A program made the translations under genes and the position numbers. 64,000 nucleotides of DNA from NCBI GenBank assembly GCA_028023455.1, contig JAQFVV010000007.1, forward strand, positions 8,928,001-8,992,000, in the 5' to 3' direction. Each line of letters begins with the position of its first letter. Within the stretch, counting starts at the first letter, position 1. Below, piece after piece: positions 28,045-40,829 of the stretch. The notes under the pieces were generated by a model. The model saw only the letters and a list, made by a program, of their open reading frames with translations. It searched no databases and was not told the origin of the DNA. The DNA comes from Epiperipatus broadwayi (lineage: Eukaryota > Animalia > Onychophora).

Positions 28045-28730
28045 GCCATATTTTTTTTCAGTCATTGTTTTCCATAATATCCACAATTAAAAGCTTCTCC
28101 AGTTCTAAATAGATTTAAATTAAAAATTAGATATGTTCCAAGTCCCCTTTGATAATCTATCCTTTTCTTTTTTCTAATTTGTAAATTCTTCTAATCATAA
28201 ATCATCATTGTCAGCTATCCATATTCATGCTGGCACATTGTCATGGTAAAGCTTGCACTGTCCCTTAACCCAAAAACAGAAAGTTTTTGTTTTATCCCAT
28301 CATGCAAACTTTTCAGAAATTGTAGATTTTAAATGTCTGGTTATGAACAAATTCTGAATGAACAATCCTGTTTGCATCCCTCAAAAAATAAGCATTGTTC
28401 TGACATTGGACTGCAGTGGTCATAATATTTTTTTGAGATGTGATGAATTTGACAATACCATTATATCATTCATCAACTTTTATTTTCCCAAAGCAGCATG
28501 TTTGTAAGCTGTTTTAAGCATTACAACTGTTTTCCCTGCCATTTTCTCTAACAGAAAACAGAATTTCATATTGTTTCAATTTTTCAGCCATTATAAAAAT
28601 CAATAAATAAACAAGATATATTTAACAACATTTACTACATGGAACCACGACTTCAGTCAAAAATGGCAGTTGGCAGATAGATGCAGGGGATTCCCTCAAT
28701 AGGCATCTAGTGACAGAAGCATGTGCTACA
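28045..28730 (-). mobile_element. Internally deleted, decayed mariner (Tc1/mariner) transposon
   Basis: Minus strand gives MKFCFLLEKMAGKTVVMLKTAYKHAALGKIKVDE*Y (mariner N-terminal HTH), fused to AYFLRDANRIVHSEFVHNQT (catalytic-domain 'FFD.KGIVH.EFV..GQT' region) and a degenerate C-terminus. Confidence 0.8.
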
Positions 28731-28782
28731 ATATGCTCACTTTCCAGAAAACAATTTCAGTTATTTTTAGATATCTTCTTAT

Positions 28783-29075
28783 AATGAAAGTCTCTTCAAG
28801 TTTATTCCATTTTCTCCAATACCCAGTTTCTCTATTCTTCACATCACACCTCAAATTTTCATTTTTTATTCATCTATCTCACATGTGAGTTTAAATCTTC
28901 ATATAGTTTAGACTTCAAATGTCCATCTATTCTTACCTTTTTTAGAAATATGTCCAGCCTAGCTCCATTTTAGTTTCTTAATTCTTTCAATAGTGTTAGT
29001 CATACCTGTTTGTTCTCTCACTCAACTATTTTGCTTTGATCTCTTTTAATATACCTCACATACATATCTCCATAA
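28783..29075 (-). mobile_element. RTE LINE 3' fragment
   Basis: Nucleotide similarity to 22690-23010 (ATGAAAGTCTCT..., AATATGTCCAGCC.A.CTCCATTT.AGT). Confidence 0.75.
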
Positions 29076-29940
29076 TTTATTGAGTATTGTGATAGTATTA
29101 CTTGTATGTCAGCTTAAAATCACTCTCTTGTAGATATCTTTGGTAATATTTCACCTGTTTGCATTTATTTGATAATAAAATTTGTAACTAAAATAATATT
29201 GATTTATTAATTTTAAAAAAATTCTCAAGATGGCAGCATTAAGACAATTTTTTTACAAATGAGTAAACAGCCAATGTGCAATGTTACTGATTGGTTCCAG
29301 TTCTTTTCATAAGAGAATGCTTGCAAGAGTTTTAAATGTATTCATTCTTTTGTTAAATTTTGAAAATCCAAAACATATTTTCTATAGTTTAACATATTTA
29401 TGATTATTTTTCTCAATATATTTATATAATATTTATTTTATTAGAAGTCTAATGTGACTAGATTCAGATTTTATTCAAAAATACTGTTAAAAAAAGACAA
29501 TTCAAGTGAAATCAATAATGTACAGTCACAATTTGTAATTAATTGAAAAAGAATTCTTTCATATTGATCACAGAAGATTTATTTTTAATTTATAAATAAT
29601 ATTTTAAATTTTAAATAGAATTTTCTTAGCTTTAAGTAGTCTGAACAATAATTTGTTCTAGTTTTACAAACTTTAAAATAATTCTGTATTTTTTTTACAA
29701 ATGATGTGATAGTCTTCCAATAAAAAAAAGATTATTGTGATCCACAATATATTTCAGTTTGAATTTTTTTTCACTATAAATTGCAATATTGAGACAATGT
29801 TTTTAAAAATAGTTTTGCTTGTAAACATATATTTCTAAAAAAATTATTCAAAATTTCTGAAAAATAATAAAAAATAAACAAGTTATAAATTTAATTCAAC
29901 CTGCCACTAGGGATTTTCAAAAAAACATAAATAGCTATAG

Positions 29941-30100
29941 GGTTAAAGTCCAAATCTTACATCCATAAGTAAACACTGGTAAAACATAACTATTAAAAAT
30001 CTTTTTTAAAGCACATAGACATATTTTCTTCTAATATTAAATAATTTCTATCATATTTTGTTCATGTTTAATTCTATGGTTGATTTCATCCATTATGTTT
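29941..30100 (-). mobile_element. RTE LINE internal fragment
   Basis: Matches 23050-23205 (ATCCATAAGTAAA.ACTGGTAAAA...GTTTAATTCTATG.TT.ATTTCATCCATTATGTTT). Confidence 0.75.
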
Positions 30101-30482
30101 TGGTAATTTTATTTATTTCATTAATAAAAAGTTTCTAAAAATGTGTTATTTCAATTTTTTTCCTTTATTTTTTTAATATAAATATTACTCAGGGTATAGG
30201 TGGATAAAATTCTCAAATGGTGATAAAATAAATATAACTACTAAAGACAGAATGACATTAAAGTTTAATCTGTCAACCACAAAACAATAGATTAAGGAGG
30301 GAAAAAAAAGAAATTGTTAAATAAAAATTCTTCATTATGTTCACAATGGACGAAAATTCTACACATTTTCACAATTATCAAAAGTCATCAAATAGTGGTT
30401 TCTGTCTTTGAATATGATAAATATATCACTAAATATATAAAATTTGAATACAAGTGTAATGCATATGATTTAAAGTCAATAT

Positions 30483-30791
30483 GGGGATGAAAACAATATT
30501 GGGATCAACAGGGACTTTGAGCATTCCATCATCAGATGGAGTTGGGAGATGGAGAAGATTGAAGCCTGTCTATTAAAGTTTGAAGATCTGCTATCTTAAT
30601 ATAAACTGAGCACTAATTATATATATATATATGGGGGGGGTGATCTGAATCACCTGATGAGTGCCGGTTCAGCACAAAATAGATATATTGGAGATCATTC
30701 ATCTTTTTTTCATATATGTGGTCATGGGTATTGGTTATATAAGATGGAATGGATAGTTGAAGAGAGCTTGAAAGTCTATGTTCAAATCCCC
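30483..30791 (+). mobile_element. Repeat family B, ~310-bp copy containing a hammerhead core (30648-30696)
   Basis: Colinear with the reverse complement of 60644-60970. Reads CTGATGA(30654-60)-GTGC-cggttca-GCAC-AAAA (G12 mutated)-TAGATATA-TTGG. Confidence 0.8.
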
Positions 30792-31029
30792 GCTAATAAA
30801 ATAGGTAAAAATAATACAGCTTACTCCCACATTATTAAAAACAAAGCTAATCAAGACTGGAGTTGCTGAAAAATAATAGATTATTTTTTTCCCATTTTCA
30901 TTTGCGAAGACAACATTATGGTTACTTTTTAGTGTTATTTGGGGTTGATTTTTATTTCTACTGTTATTCTTATTTTTGTAATATAATCATCATCAGTATT
31001 ACTTTGCATTGATCAATGCAATGGTAAAT

Positions 31030-31200
31030 TGTAGTATATAAAGCTCAAGGTGCGCAGATCACAGGCCAGCATAGCGACTTCTAGTGTTTGAACTTATGAC
31101 TATTTTCCCGTCTGATTTAATTCAGTAGTACAATCGTGTATTCTAAAGTTCAAGATCAATGGTCGTTTTGTTACTTCTGAAGCTTGAACTTTGACCTTAT
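31030..31200 (+). repeat. Two decayed copies of the 26345-27415 array unit
   Basis: AAAGCTCAAGGTGCGCAGATCACAGGCCAGC...ACTTCTAGTGTTTGAACTT and TCTAAAGTTCAAGATCAATGG...TTACTTCTGAAGCTTGAACTT match the array consensus. Confidence 0.65.
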
Positions 31201-32299
31201 GAGTAGTAAACGATTTGATTATTATTGCCGTAGTTTTCAAAAGATGTCAATATCTTTCTTTTTTTTTTAATTTTCTAAATTTAGTTTAATTTACTTCGAT
31301 TAATTCTTATAATACTCTGACTAGAAATGTATATTCACTTAATGTATCTGCTGTAAGAATAACTTTTCAAGTTTTTTTTTTTAGTATTTATAAAATAAAA
31401 AAAATGTGATAGCACTTAACTTTCCTCAGCTAATCAAGAAATCGATAAATAAAGAGTTAATTTTATCTTTACTAAACTCAATAATAGCTTAAATTATTTA
31501 TGTAGATGTAAAATTAGAAATTTTAATTTCACTATAAAACATTTATTTTGCTATACATAAAAAAAAGCATAAGAGAAGAGAAAGAAATCTTTTTTAAAAA
31601 GATATATTTTTTCTCTCTCAGGAAATTAATGTTTAGAGACCTTATTTCAGCACTTTAGTTACTTCTATACATTTATGGGGTTTTCTTCAAGTTAAAGCTG
31701 CCAATGATTTGAAATTGATAGACTTGGCTTTGTTCTGGTGGATGTTGGAACAAGTCCTTGACCTTTGGTTAGCTGAATAGCTTATTTTAAATCTTTCTTT
31801 TTTAAGTTTTTGAGATCTACAGCTAGTAAAGATTAATTTCTGCAGAATAACTTAGTAAAAATAAAATCCACAGCCGATAATGTAAATCAGATTTTTTTTT
31901 CTTTTAATGATTTCGAAATGAACAATAGTAATTTTTTGAAATCTAAACTATAGAAAGGATATGCACTGTGGTATAAAGCTATATATACATTTACTAACTG
32001 TCAAAAATTATTAAAAGTTTATGATGAAATTCTTTTTTAGATATACTTAAAACTTCTACATTCTCAGACAATTTTGAAACATGATTTAAAAAAATAAATG
32101 ATCCCCAAACTGCATTTTATGCTAAAACTGCACTTTTACTGGCCCAATTGAAAATTTCCTGTGTGTGCCCCCAATATTCGTTCATGTGTAGTGGAATGGA
32201 AGTTTTAAATAGGTCTACGAGATGGGGGGAGGGTGTTGAATTATTTTATTTGAACATGCTTAACTAAAAAAAAAAAACATGTATTGATTTTTAATTGGA

Positions 32300-32760
32300 T
32301 TTAAAGTTTACATCTGGTCAGGAAATGATATGATAATCTGTAGCCTAATAAATGATTAGAAATAATCATTAATGTATTTATTTGAAGTGGATGGTGTTAA
32401 AGTTGTGAGAACAGAATGCTTGACCCTTGTAGATCAACTCGTAGTAAAAACAATTTAAAGTTTATATCTAACCTAGAAATGATATGATAATCTCTAGTCT
32501 AATAAATGATTACAAATAATCATTACCGTGTTTATCTAAAGTAGGTGGTGTCAAAATTGTGAGTGCAAAAAGATTGACCCTTGTAGATCAGCTTGTAGTA
32601 AAGTATAGTTTAAAGTTTATGTCTAGAAATGATATAATAATCTTTAGCTTAATAAATGATTAGTGATAGTCATTCATGCATCAATCTGAGGTGGGTACAG
32701 TCAAGCTTGTGGGTGGAGAGAAAATTTGACACTTTATAAAGCAAATTGTAATAATATGTA
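32300..32760. repeat. Tandem repeat, ~155-bp unit x3
   Basis: TTTAAAGTT.AT.TCT...GAAATGATATGATAATCT.TAG.CTAATAAATGATTA...TTGACCCTTGTAGATCA repeated three times. Confidence 0.9.
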
Positions 32761-34049
32761 ATTCCTAAGGGGGGTGATAAAAATAAGATATATTTAGGGT
32801 GGGGGGTGTAATAACAATAATTGAGTTTAGAGGTTGTGAGCTAAGGTTGCTTAGATATTCTATGTTATTGTCTAGATTATTAAAGAAATATATTTACAAT
32901 GATTTAATTTTACAAGATATAAAAAAGAAGTTTGACTTGTATATAATTAATATAATATTAATTAAAATTAATATATATATTTCAAAATTTATAGTTCAAG
33001 ATATTAGCAATTCAAAAATATACATCAATTTAAATACTGAGGTAGTTGTACTGGTAAAAAGTCAGGTTTAAATGTTAAGGCACAACACAAACTCCAATTT
33101 TCTGCTGTTTATTCAACACTTTAATAGCATTACTATTTTAACTAAATTAGTTATATATAAGCTTATTATTAAATACAAGTGAGACATAGATACATTGTTG
33201 TAGCATAAACCATGGAAAACATTTTATTTAAGAATGCTTCAAAGGATTCTGAAATATTATAGCAAAATTATAAGAACCATTTAGTTTCCAGTTTGTGTAA
33301 AATGTGATGATATTGAAATTAATTTCATAAATTCATGTAAATTTAGTGGATTAAACATGTCAAAAAATACATGTGACTTTTACTCCTGAAAAGTTCATAA
33401 GAAGTTTGAGTGCTGAACCTCTGAGTGCCAGAAAAATTTTTGAATCTCCCGATCCCAAGACAAATACCAACTGCATTAAACCATGCAGGGTGATTGAACA
33501 AATGAAATGAATGAATCATAACAGACTTCTACAAAAACATTTTATAAGAAATTTAGGGATGTATATTTTTTATAAAAGAGGTAGACTTCATTGAGATTTG
33601 TAAAGATTGGATCGGACACTCTAAAGAGGACTATATTGGCCAACTTAGCTGAGAGGATATAAATGGAATATCATTAAATGGGGAACTGCAATTTGGCAAA
33701 ATATTCATATTTTTTAGGAAAAAAATTTGCTAATGAAGAAATTTAAAGACAGAATTGCAAGATATCAAATAATCAAATTAAAAATCAAGCATATAATATA
33801 TAAGGATGAATTTATGGTTCACATATTATATAACCTAATCATTGCAAAACACATTTTTATATTTTTTTATTCTTAGACCTTACATTTTTGCTCGTATTAT
33901 TCTGGAGCTAGAATGGATGACTTCATTTACAAATGGCTACTAATAATAATGATAATGATTAAAAAGTACTCTCCATGGGGAAAAAAATCTACTTCAAGAG
34001 TTCCAATATCTTATGGGAGCTACAGTAATCAATAAATGCCAGATAGTAA

Positions 34050-34200
34050 TATTTAATAAATCTTTATCTAATGTAGTCTTATTCATATCTCCAGATTAGT
34101 TTCTAGTTTGTTGTTTTCATTAGTATTGGATAGATTTATTAAGCATTGCCATCCAATTATACATTGATTACTCAAGTTTACACAATGGAGCAAAACTACA
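34050..34200. repeat. Decayed family A fragment with hammerhead-like relic on the minus strand (~34085-34128)
   Basis: Minus strand reads CTAATGA-aaacaacaaacta-GAAAC-TAATC-TGGAGAT, similar to 37613-37648. Confidence 0.5.
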
Positions 34201-34339
34201 ATAAGAAAAATGGATTTGCTGATTAATACATGAGGTTGTCTGATGTTTTTCATTGGTACTCTCTACAGTATTAACTTAAGATTTTAAATCTGCATAACAA
34301 AAAACCACACTAAAGTAATGTTCTGTAATTTTTTCATGT

Positions 34340-34670
34340 CACTTATTGAAATATGAAGAGATTGATGTTAAGAATGGTGAACAAATTGGACATCACTGAA
34401 TGATTTAAAAAACTGAAATGGAGCTGGGCCATGACATATCTTCTAAAAGTGGTGATAATAAATAAACAATTGAAGTCTTGAAATAGATCCCAAGAGGTTG
34501 TAAAACACCTAGAAAGAGACTGAATGTGAGATGCATTAAGGAAATAAAAAGATTTACTATTATGTTGTGAAGAAAAAAAAGCTAGGGGTTAAAGAAATTG
34601 GATTAAACTTCTAAGAGACCTTCATCCTGCATTGGATCATCAATGATTAAAAATGATTATGATGACAATT
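34340..34670 (+). mobile_element. RTE LINE 3' fragment
   Basis: Degenerate KLKWSWA...TIEVLK*IPRGCKTPRKRLNVRCIKEIKRF...ETFILHWI, the same C-terminus as the 22655-23460 element. Confidence 0.75.
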
Positions 34671-35399
34671 CATATCACAGATACACAGTAAGTCTTGCCT
34701 TTATTAAGATACTTTTAATATCTGTTTCATTTATATATATGTGGCTTCAACACTCATTAAAGTTGTGATTATATTTTAATGAAGGAACATCCTCCTGGAG
34801 CTTTTTTCTTCTTCATATCTCTCACTTTCTATTATTGACTTTTTCTCCAATGGTATTTATAATTAAACTTACCTAAAGGTTATTTAAAACTTTATTGAAG
34901 AATTTCATATTTATTGGGTTTTTTTTTTTTTTAATGCTTAGAGTTATATATTGTTTCTAGCATTTTAATGATCTGATGAACTTTAATGTTTATTGTTCCC
35001 TCATTGATTTAACATGGTAACACTAAATATATATATATATAGGCACACACACACAATCAAGTAACACAACACGTTACATTAAATAGTCAGATCACAAAGT
35101 AAAGAAGGCAAATAGTAGGATATATTTGTATAAAACATCATTTTACCATTAAATAAAAAGTAATGAGAGATTATAATTAAGGGTTCTAATATTCAATTAC
35201 TGGCCTAGACAATACTAAATTAGTATATCTCAATATGTATGTAATTAATACAATAAACCACTTTCTCCTCACTCTTTGAAGGTGTCACTTTACTTCATTA
35301 ATTATATGTATATTGAATACTGTTAATTTAATGTTTACAATTATTAACTTTTGATTATTATTAAAAGTCTTATTAAATTAATATTCAATTTATATATGA

Positions 35400-35593
35400 A
35401 TATAAGTGATTATTAATTTAATAATTATTAATGCCATATATTTATCTGGTTACTATATTGAGTTTACTCTGTATTGTCATCAATATTTAAAAGTTTCCCA
35501 ATGCTAACATTGATGGAAATACAGAGTAAACTCAAGATAACAACCAAATAAATATATGGCATTAATTACTATTAAAGTAATAATCATTTATAC
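35400..35593. repeat. Hairpin, ~87-bp arms with 20-nt loop, plus a third arm copy at ~35640-35720
   Basis: TAATGCCATATATTTATCTGGTTACTATATTGAGTTTACTCTGTATT pairs with AATACAGAGTAAACTCAAGATAACAACCAAATAAATATATGGCATTA. Confidence 0.9.
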
Positions 35594-37095
35594 AAGGATA
35601 TAGACTAAATTTCATTTTAGTAACTCAATTTTAATAACAAACTCAATATAACAATCAGATAAATATATGGCATTAATAATTATTGAATCACGTATGCAAG
35701 GATATAGACTGAATATCAATTTAATAATATTTTTGATAATAAAACAAAAATTAAAAATTGTTATCATTAAATTAGCATAGCCAAATACATATGTATTAAA
35801 GGAGGAAATCACTCCCCTTCAGAGTGACATTTAGTCATGAATTGAAGGGGAGATTTGTTTATTCTATTAATTACATACATATTGACATATGCAGATTTAA
35901 TATATTCAAGGCCAGTAACTGACTTAGTCTGTTAGCAAAATGCATGCTAAGCTAAATAGTATTTTAACCTGTAATGGCTAGAATATGATTTTGTAATGTA
36001 AATCCTACAATTGGTATCACATACCACTCCTAAAAAGTATTATTTTATGATATAATTATGATTCTAAATTTGATTTTTTTATAAACTTTATTCACAATAA
36101 ATATTATAATATTTACATAAACAATTGAAAAATATAACCATAAAATTGCAAAAAAAAAATTACTTTTATTTAGAATAGTTACTGCTAGAATCAGGTGTTT
36201 GCTTTGTTTTAAGAAAAGAATTGATTTATTTTTAAAATATACTAATTTTTTTTTATTGCAAGCATTATTTATAATAAGTATAATAATATTTGTACAAGAA
36301 TGTAAAAAATATATATCCATAGATTTAAAAAAATTGAGAAATAAAAATTGTTTTCATTTATAATAATTTCTAAAGAAATAAAATGATTATTTTCCTTTAA
36401 GAAAAGAATGATCTATTTTTATAATAAATGCATTTCATTTTTAATATTGTAACCAGTATTTCAAATGACTATTATAATATTTGAATAAAAAATTAAAAAT
36501 AAATAACCATAGATCACAAATAATAAAGAAATAAAATTGCTTTCATTTTTACTGCTCCTACCTAGATATGTTGTTTTTTTATAAGGAAAAGAACAATCTG
36601 CTTTTTATAATAAACATATTCAATTTTTATTATTGTAAGAGAATAAAATTACTTACATTTAGACTTCAAGCAGTATGAGATACCACTAAACCAAAATATG
36701 GTAAAAAATTTATATTATGCTCAATTCATCGAATTTCAAAGGAGGGAAGAAAATAATTGACCAATAAATAATATCAATAAAATAAATAAAACCACTAAAA
36801 ATTATACATATGAAACAATGTAATGATTATTCACTAAAATATTGGAGATATAAAATACAATTCAAATGTTAGCAATAAGTACAACTCAGATACTGTAAAT
36901 CACCATTGGTTATGTACAACATTATATGTATTAAACCACTAAACATCACATGATTACTATTTCCTATGCTTTCTCAAGCTGTTAAAACAGGCAAAACTCT
37001 CCACACAGTAGTGCCACTCAGTGCATGCCAGAATAATATCTGGATTCAAGAAAGTTTGTGCATAAAATCCCTATCTAGTAACTAATCATCCAATA

Positions 37096-37137
37096 TCCCC
37101 AGACTAGTTTCTAGCTTGTGACTTTCATCAATGAGGA
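37096..37137 (-). ncRNA. Minimal type I hammerhead ribozyme relic (C3 mutated)
   Basis: TCCTCA-TTGATGA-aAGTcacaaGCTa-GAAAC-TA-GTC-TGGGGA. Confidence 0.6.
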
Positions 37138-37606
37138 GCATTGGAACTGAGATCATTGCACCTAGATCTTAGGATCTAATGCAACCCTCCAGCAGCCCCC
37201 TTTATCTCTTTTTAACTACAAAACTATGATTCTGAAATTGAAAACACAATAACATTTTCAAACCAAGCTCACTAGCTAATATAGTTATATACGTCTTAAT
37301 TGAGTTTAGTACCCATACATTTTGGTGTCTTTAGTTCTTTAATAACCATAACTGCCACTACACTATGATGCAGGATTGGTATTAAATCACTAAACATCAC
37401 ATGATCACCATTTCTTATGCTTGCTCAAGCTCTTAAAACAGGCAAAACTCTCCATACAGTAGTGTCACTATATTAGCTAGTGACCTTGGATTAAAAATAT
37501 TATTGTGTTTTCAATTTAGTTTCGTAGTTAAGTAGAGATAAAAGGTGGCTGCTGGAGAGTTGCATTAGATCCTAAGAGCAAGGTGCAGTGCTCTAAGATC
37601 CAAGAC

Positions 37607-37648
37607 TCCTCACTGATGAAAATCACAAGCTAGAAACTAGTCTGAGGA
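37607..37648 (+). ncRNA. Minimal type I hammerhead ribozyme (family A)
   Basis: Stem I TCCTCA/TGAGGA (6 bp), core CTGATGA 37613-37619, GAAAC 37633-37637, palindromic stem III ACTAGT, GTC cleavage triplet ending at 37642. Stem II is weak in this copy. Confidence 0.75.
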
Positions 37649-38031
37649 TATTGGATTAGTAGGCACTAGATAGGAATTTTATATACAATCCTTCTTGCAT
37701 CCATTGATTACTCTGGCTTGCATTGAGTGGTACTACTATATGGAGAGTTTTGCCTGTTTTAACAGCTTGAGCAAGTATATGAAATGGTGATCATGTGATG
37801 TTTAGTGGTTTAATACCAATCCTGCCTAATAGAATAGTGATCACTCTGGTTATAGCACCAAACTGTATAGGTACTAAACTGAGTTCAGACATAAATGACT
37901 ATATTAGCTAGTGAGCTTGGATTGAAAATATTATTATGTTTGAAAGACTCATAGTTTTGTAATTATGTGGTGGCTGCTGGAGGGTTAAATTAGATCCTAA
38001 GATCTGGGTGCAGTGCTCTCAGATCCAAGGC

Positions 38032-38073
38032 TTCATACTGATGAAAGCCACAAGATAGAAACTAGTCTGGTGA
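38032..38073 (+). ncRNA. Minimal type I hammerhead ribozyme (family A, second tandem copy)
   Basis: CTGATGA 38038-38044, GAAAC-TA-GTC 38058-38067. Stems I and II are partly decayed. Confidence 0.65.
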
Positions 38074-40829
38074 TATTGAATGAGTAGGCACTAGATAAGG
38101 ATTTTATGCACAAACCTTCTTGCATCCATTGATTTTTGTTTTGCACTGAATGGCACTAGTGTGTGGAGAGTTTTGCCTGTTTTAACATTGTGTGTACAGA
38201 TATATAAAGTAAAAAATAAATAACTAATCTTTTGCACTTCACTAATATTCTAATAGATTTCTTTGTTCACACTACATTTAAGCTTTCAGATTTCACTTAA
38301 ATATTAAACCATTATTTATCAGATTATAATAAGTTTGACCTTATTTGATAGACATTTTTGTTTAGAAATTAAATAAAAATGTAAAAATATCACATTTGAT
38401 TTTTGGAATTATTTTAAAAATGAAATTTTAATCAAAACAAAGAGCTGTCTCATCAACAATTTCAGTGGAATAGATTCAATTTGCAAAATGACTGAAATCT
38501 TCTTGTTTTGATGTTTGTTTTAAAAAATCTGAACAAATTATTTTTAATATCTAGTAAATCTATCAACATGTCCTTTAAAAGTTTAAAAAAATTTCATAAT
38601 TTTTTATGATATTGCTAAATGTTATAACAATCTATTGTATTTCCTGTGGCTCTAATCTCTATGGTAATGTTACACAGAAGAATATATTCTCTTATATTTA
38701 AAAACAAAATATTTCTGTAAGAAATAAATATGAAATAATATCTATTTTTGATTTCTAATAATTATTACACAATTACAATACAAAAATAATCATAAACTTT
38801 TCAAAAACTCAAATTTTTAGACTATCATAATATTTTCTTGAAATAATCTTGCAAAGTTTGAAATCACCAAATACATAATTGAGACCCATCATCATGGAAT
38901 TTAAGAAACTTTGAAGACTCGCATATTCTATTTTCTTGCCATCTTTTGAATTTTTTTGAAATTAAAATATTAGAAAAAAAATATACATGAATTTTAAAGC
39001 TGTAAAAAAAGCTTTGCAAAATTTCTCAGCAGAGGGCGAAAAATGCAAATACAATTTCTTAACTTCTGCCTGAGAATGTTTCATAATTAAAACAAAATCA
39101 GTTAACACGACTGTACAATAATTAAACAAAGTTAACTTAATTATGGTAATTAGATAAGATTTTTTTAAATAAATAATCTTATCTATTCATTAATTTATTA
39201 CAAAAAGTAATTTATATAATTGCTTAAATTTTATAAAAGAAATTAAATTGGCATTTATTTCCATTGAATAATCTTTATACTCCAATTGATTTCTAAAAAT
39301 GTTGACTTTGAAAATATTTTTTGAAAGCAAACAAAAGCTGTAGACAAAAAAAATCTTTTAAAAGATGAAGTAGCGAAATGAATAAAAAATGAAGAGAGAG
39401 GGGGGAAGTCATTGCTTCAACCTAAAAAAAAAAATTCCATTACCTCTGAATTACAAGAATTACAACACTAAAAATATAATTTCAAATTAAAAAAGGAAAA
39501 TTATACATGAGAAAAAATATTGCATTGGGATTATAATGAGAAAAAAACAGTTCAAAACATAAGAAGTTTATGAAAAATATAGCAATATATCTATCTACAA
39601 GGATGATTTCAGGACCAATGAAAGTAAATGATGATTGCAAAAAATAATCTCTGTTTGCTTCCATCAACTTTGTCAGAAACATTAAAAAATTAATGTTTTA
39701 ACACCATTGGGAGTTATGCAGGAGATCATCAAATTAATAAAAAAGAGCTCAGTTCTAAATAGCACAACATATACTATATTGCTTATAATAACTCCTTTCA
39801 TATACACTTTAATGCAAAAAAAAAAAATTAATAAAACTTCTTTATTTTCCTAACAGTTTTGACTGTCCAGCAGTCTCCATCAGAGTTCAAATTCCTTTAC
39901 TTTTTAAATAACTGCAAAGAAAAAAAATGAGAAGAATAAGAACATATACTATAACAGAAATTACTTTCTTTAAAGAGAAATCTGTTGTTTTATAGCAAGA
40001 CAAACAAGTATATGTGCATGTTTACACAGCAAATTTAATGTTAAATATTTGGAATAATTTAAAGTTCTATCAATCATCCGTTAACACTTTACAGGAGGTT
40101 ACATAGAGAAGAAAGAAAAAACATGCAATGTTTAATTATTAGTCAACTAAAAAATAAGTTAAAAAAAGAATTGATAAAAATTAAATGAAAAATATTAATT
40201 CATTAAAAGATTAGCAAATTCCCAACCTCTTATTCAAATTAAACAATTTTTTAACTTCTTAAAAAAAAAAAGACTTTTGTTACAGCGTTTCTATAAATTG
40301 CTAAGTAATGAAAATGCCTATTAGTAAAAAAATTAAAAACAAGATGGACAAAAATGATAATAAATCTATCATTATTATTAGCAAAATTCTTTTTTATCTC
40401 AGTCCTGTTCTGCCATCTAGTGTAAGATTGAGTAATCAATAGATGCTGATTGATAGTACTTAATAAATCTCAAACCAATGATGCCTTATATATATCCATA
40501 CTAGTTTTTAGTTTATAGTTAAATCAGTGGAGAGTTTTGAATCTAAGAATAGGGTGGATTTTTTGGATCTATTCTCCAGTGACAATCTTTTACTCTTTTT
40601 TTTTTTTTTGCTATCAAGCTATGAGGTCCAATTCAAAAACACTTTAATGTTTTGAAACTAAGCTCACATGCTCATATAGTTATACAGATCTGAATCCAGT
40701 TCAGTATATTGGCTTTTTAATAACTGTAGTTATCTCTACCCTTTGAGCAGGATTTATATAAAACCAACATATGACTCCAGTTTACACAATACTATCCAAT
40801 GGTATAAGATCACAAAGAATCCAGGGGCA

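Larger units (their letters stand above)
36870..38190. repeat. Family A block: 425-bp hammerhead-containing unit, ~1.4 copies on the minus strand abutting ~1.7 copies on the plus strand
   Basis: Plus-strand units repeat at a 425-bp period (CTGATGA at 37613 and 38038). 36870-37290 is the reverse complement of ~37469-37890. Orientation switches at ~37468. Confidence 0.9.

Noticed and set aside
39855-39911. Candidate 57-nt minus-strand exon (strong polypyrimidine-CAG acceptor, ATG encoding METAGQSK, GTTAGG donor)
   Set aside because: No partner exons found; a single splice-like match is expected by chance in 64 kb.
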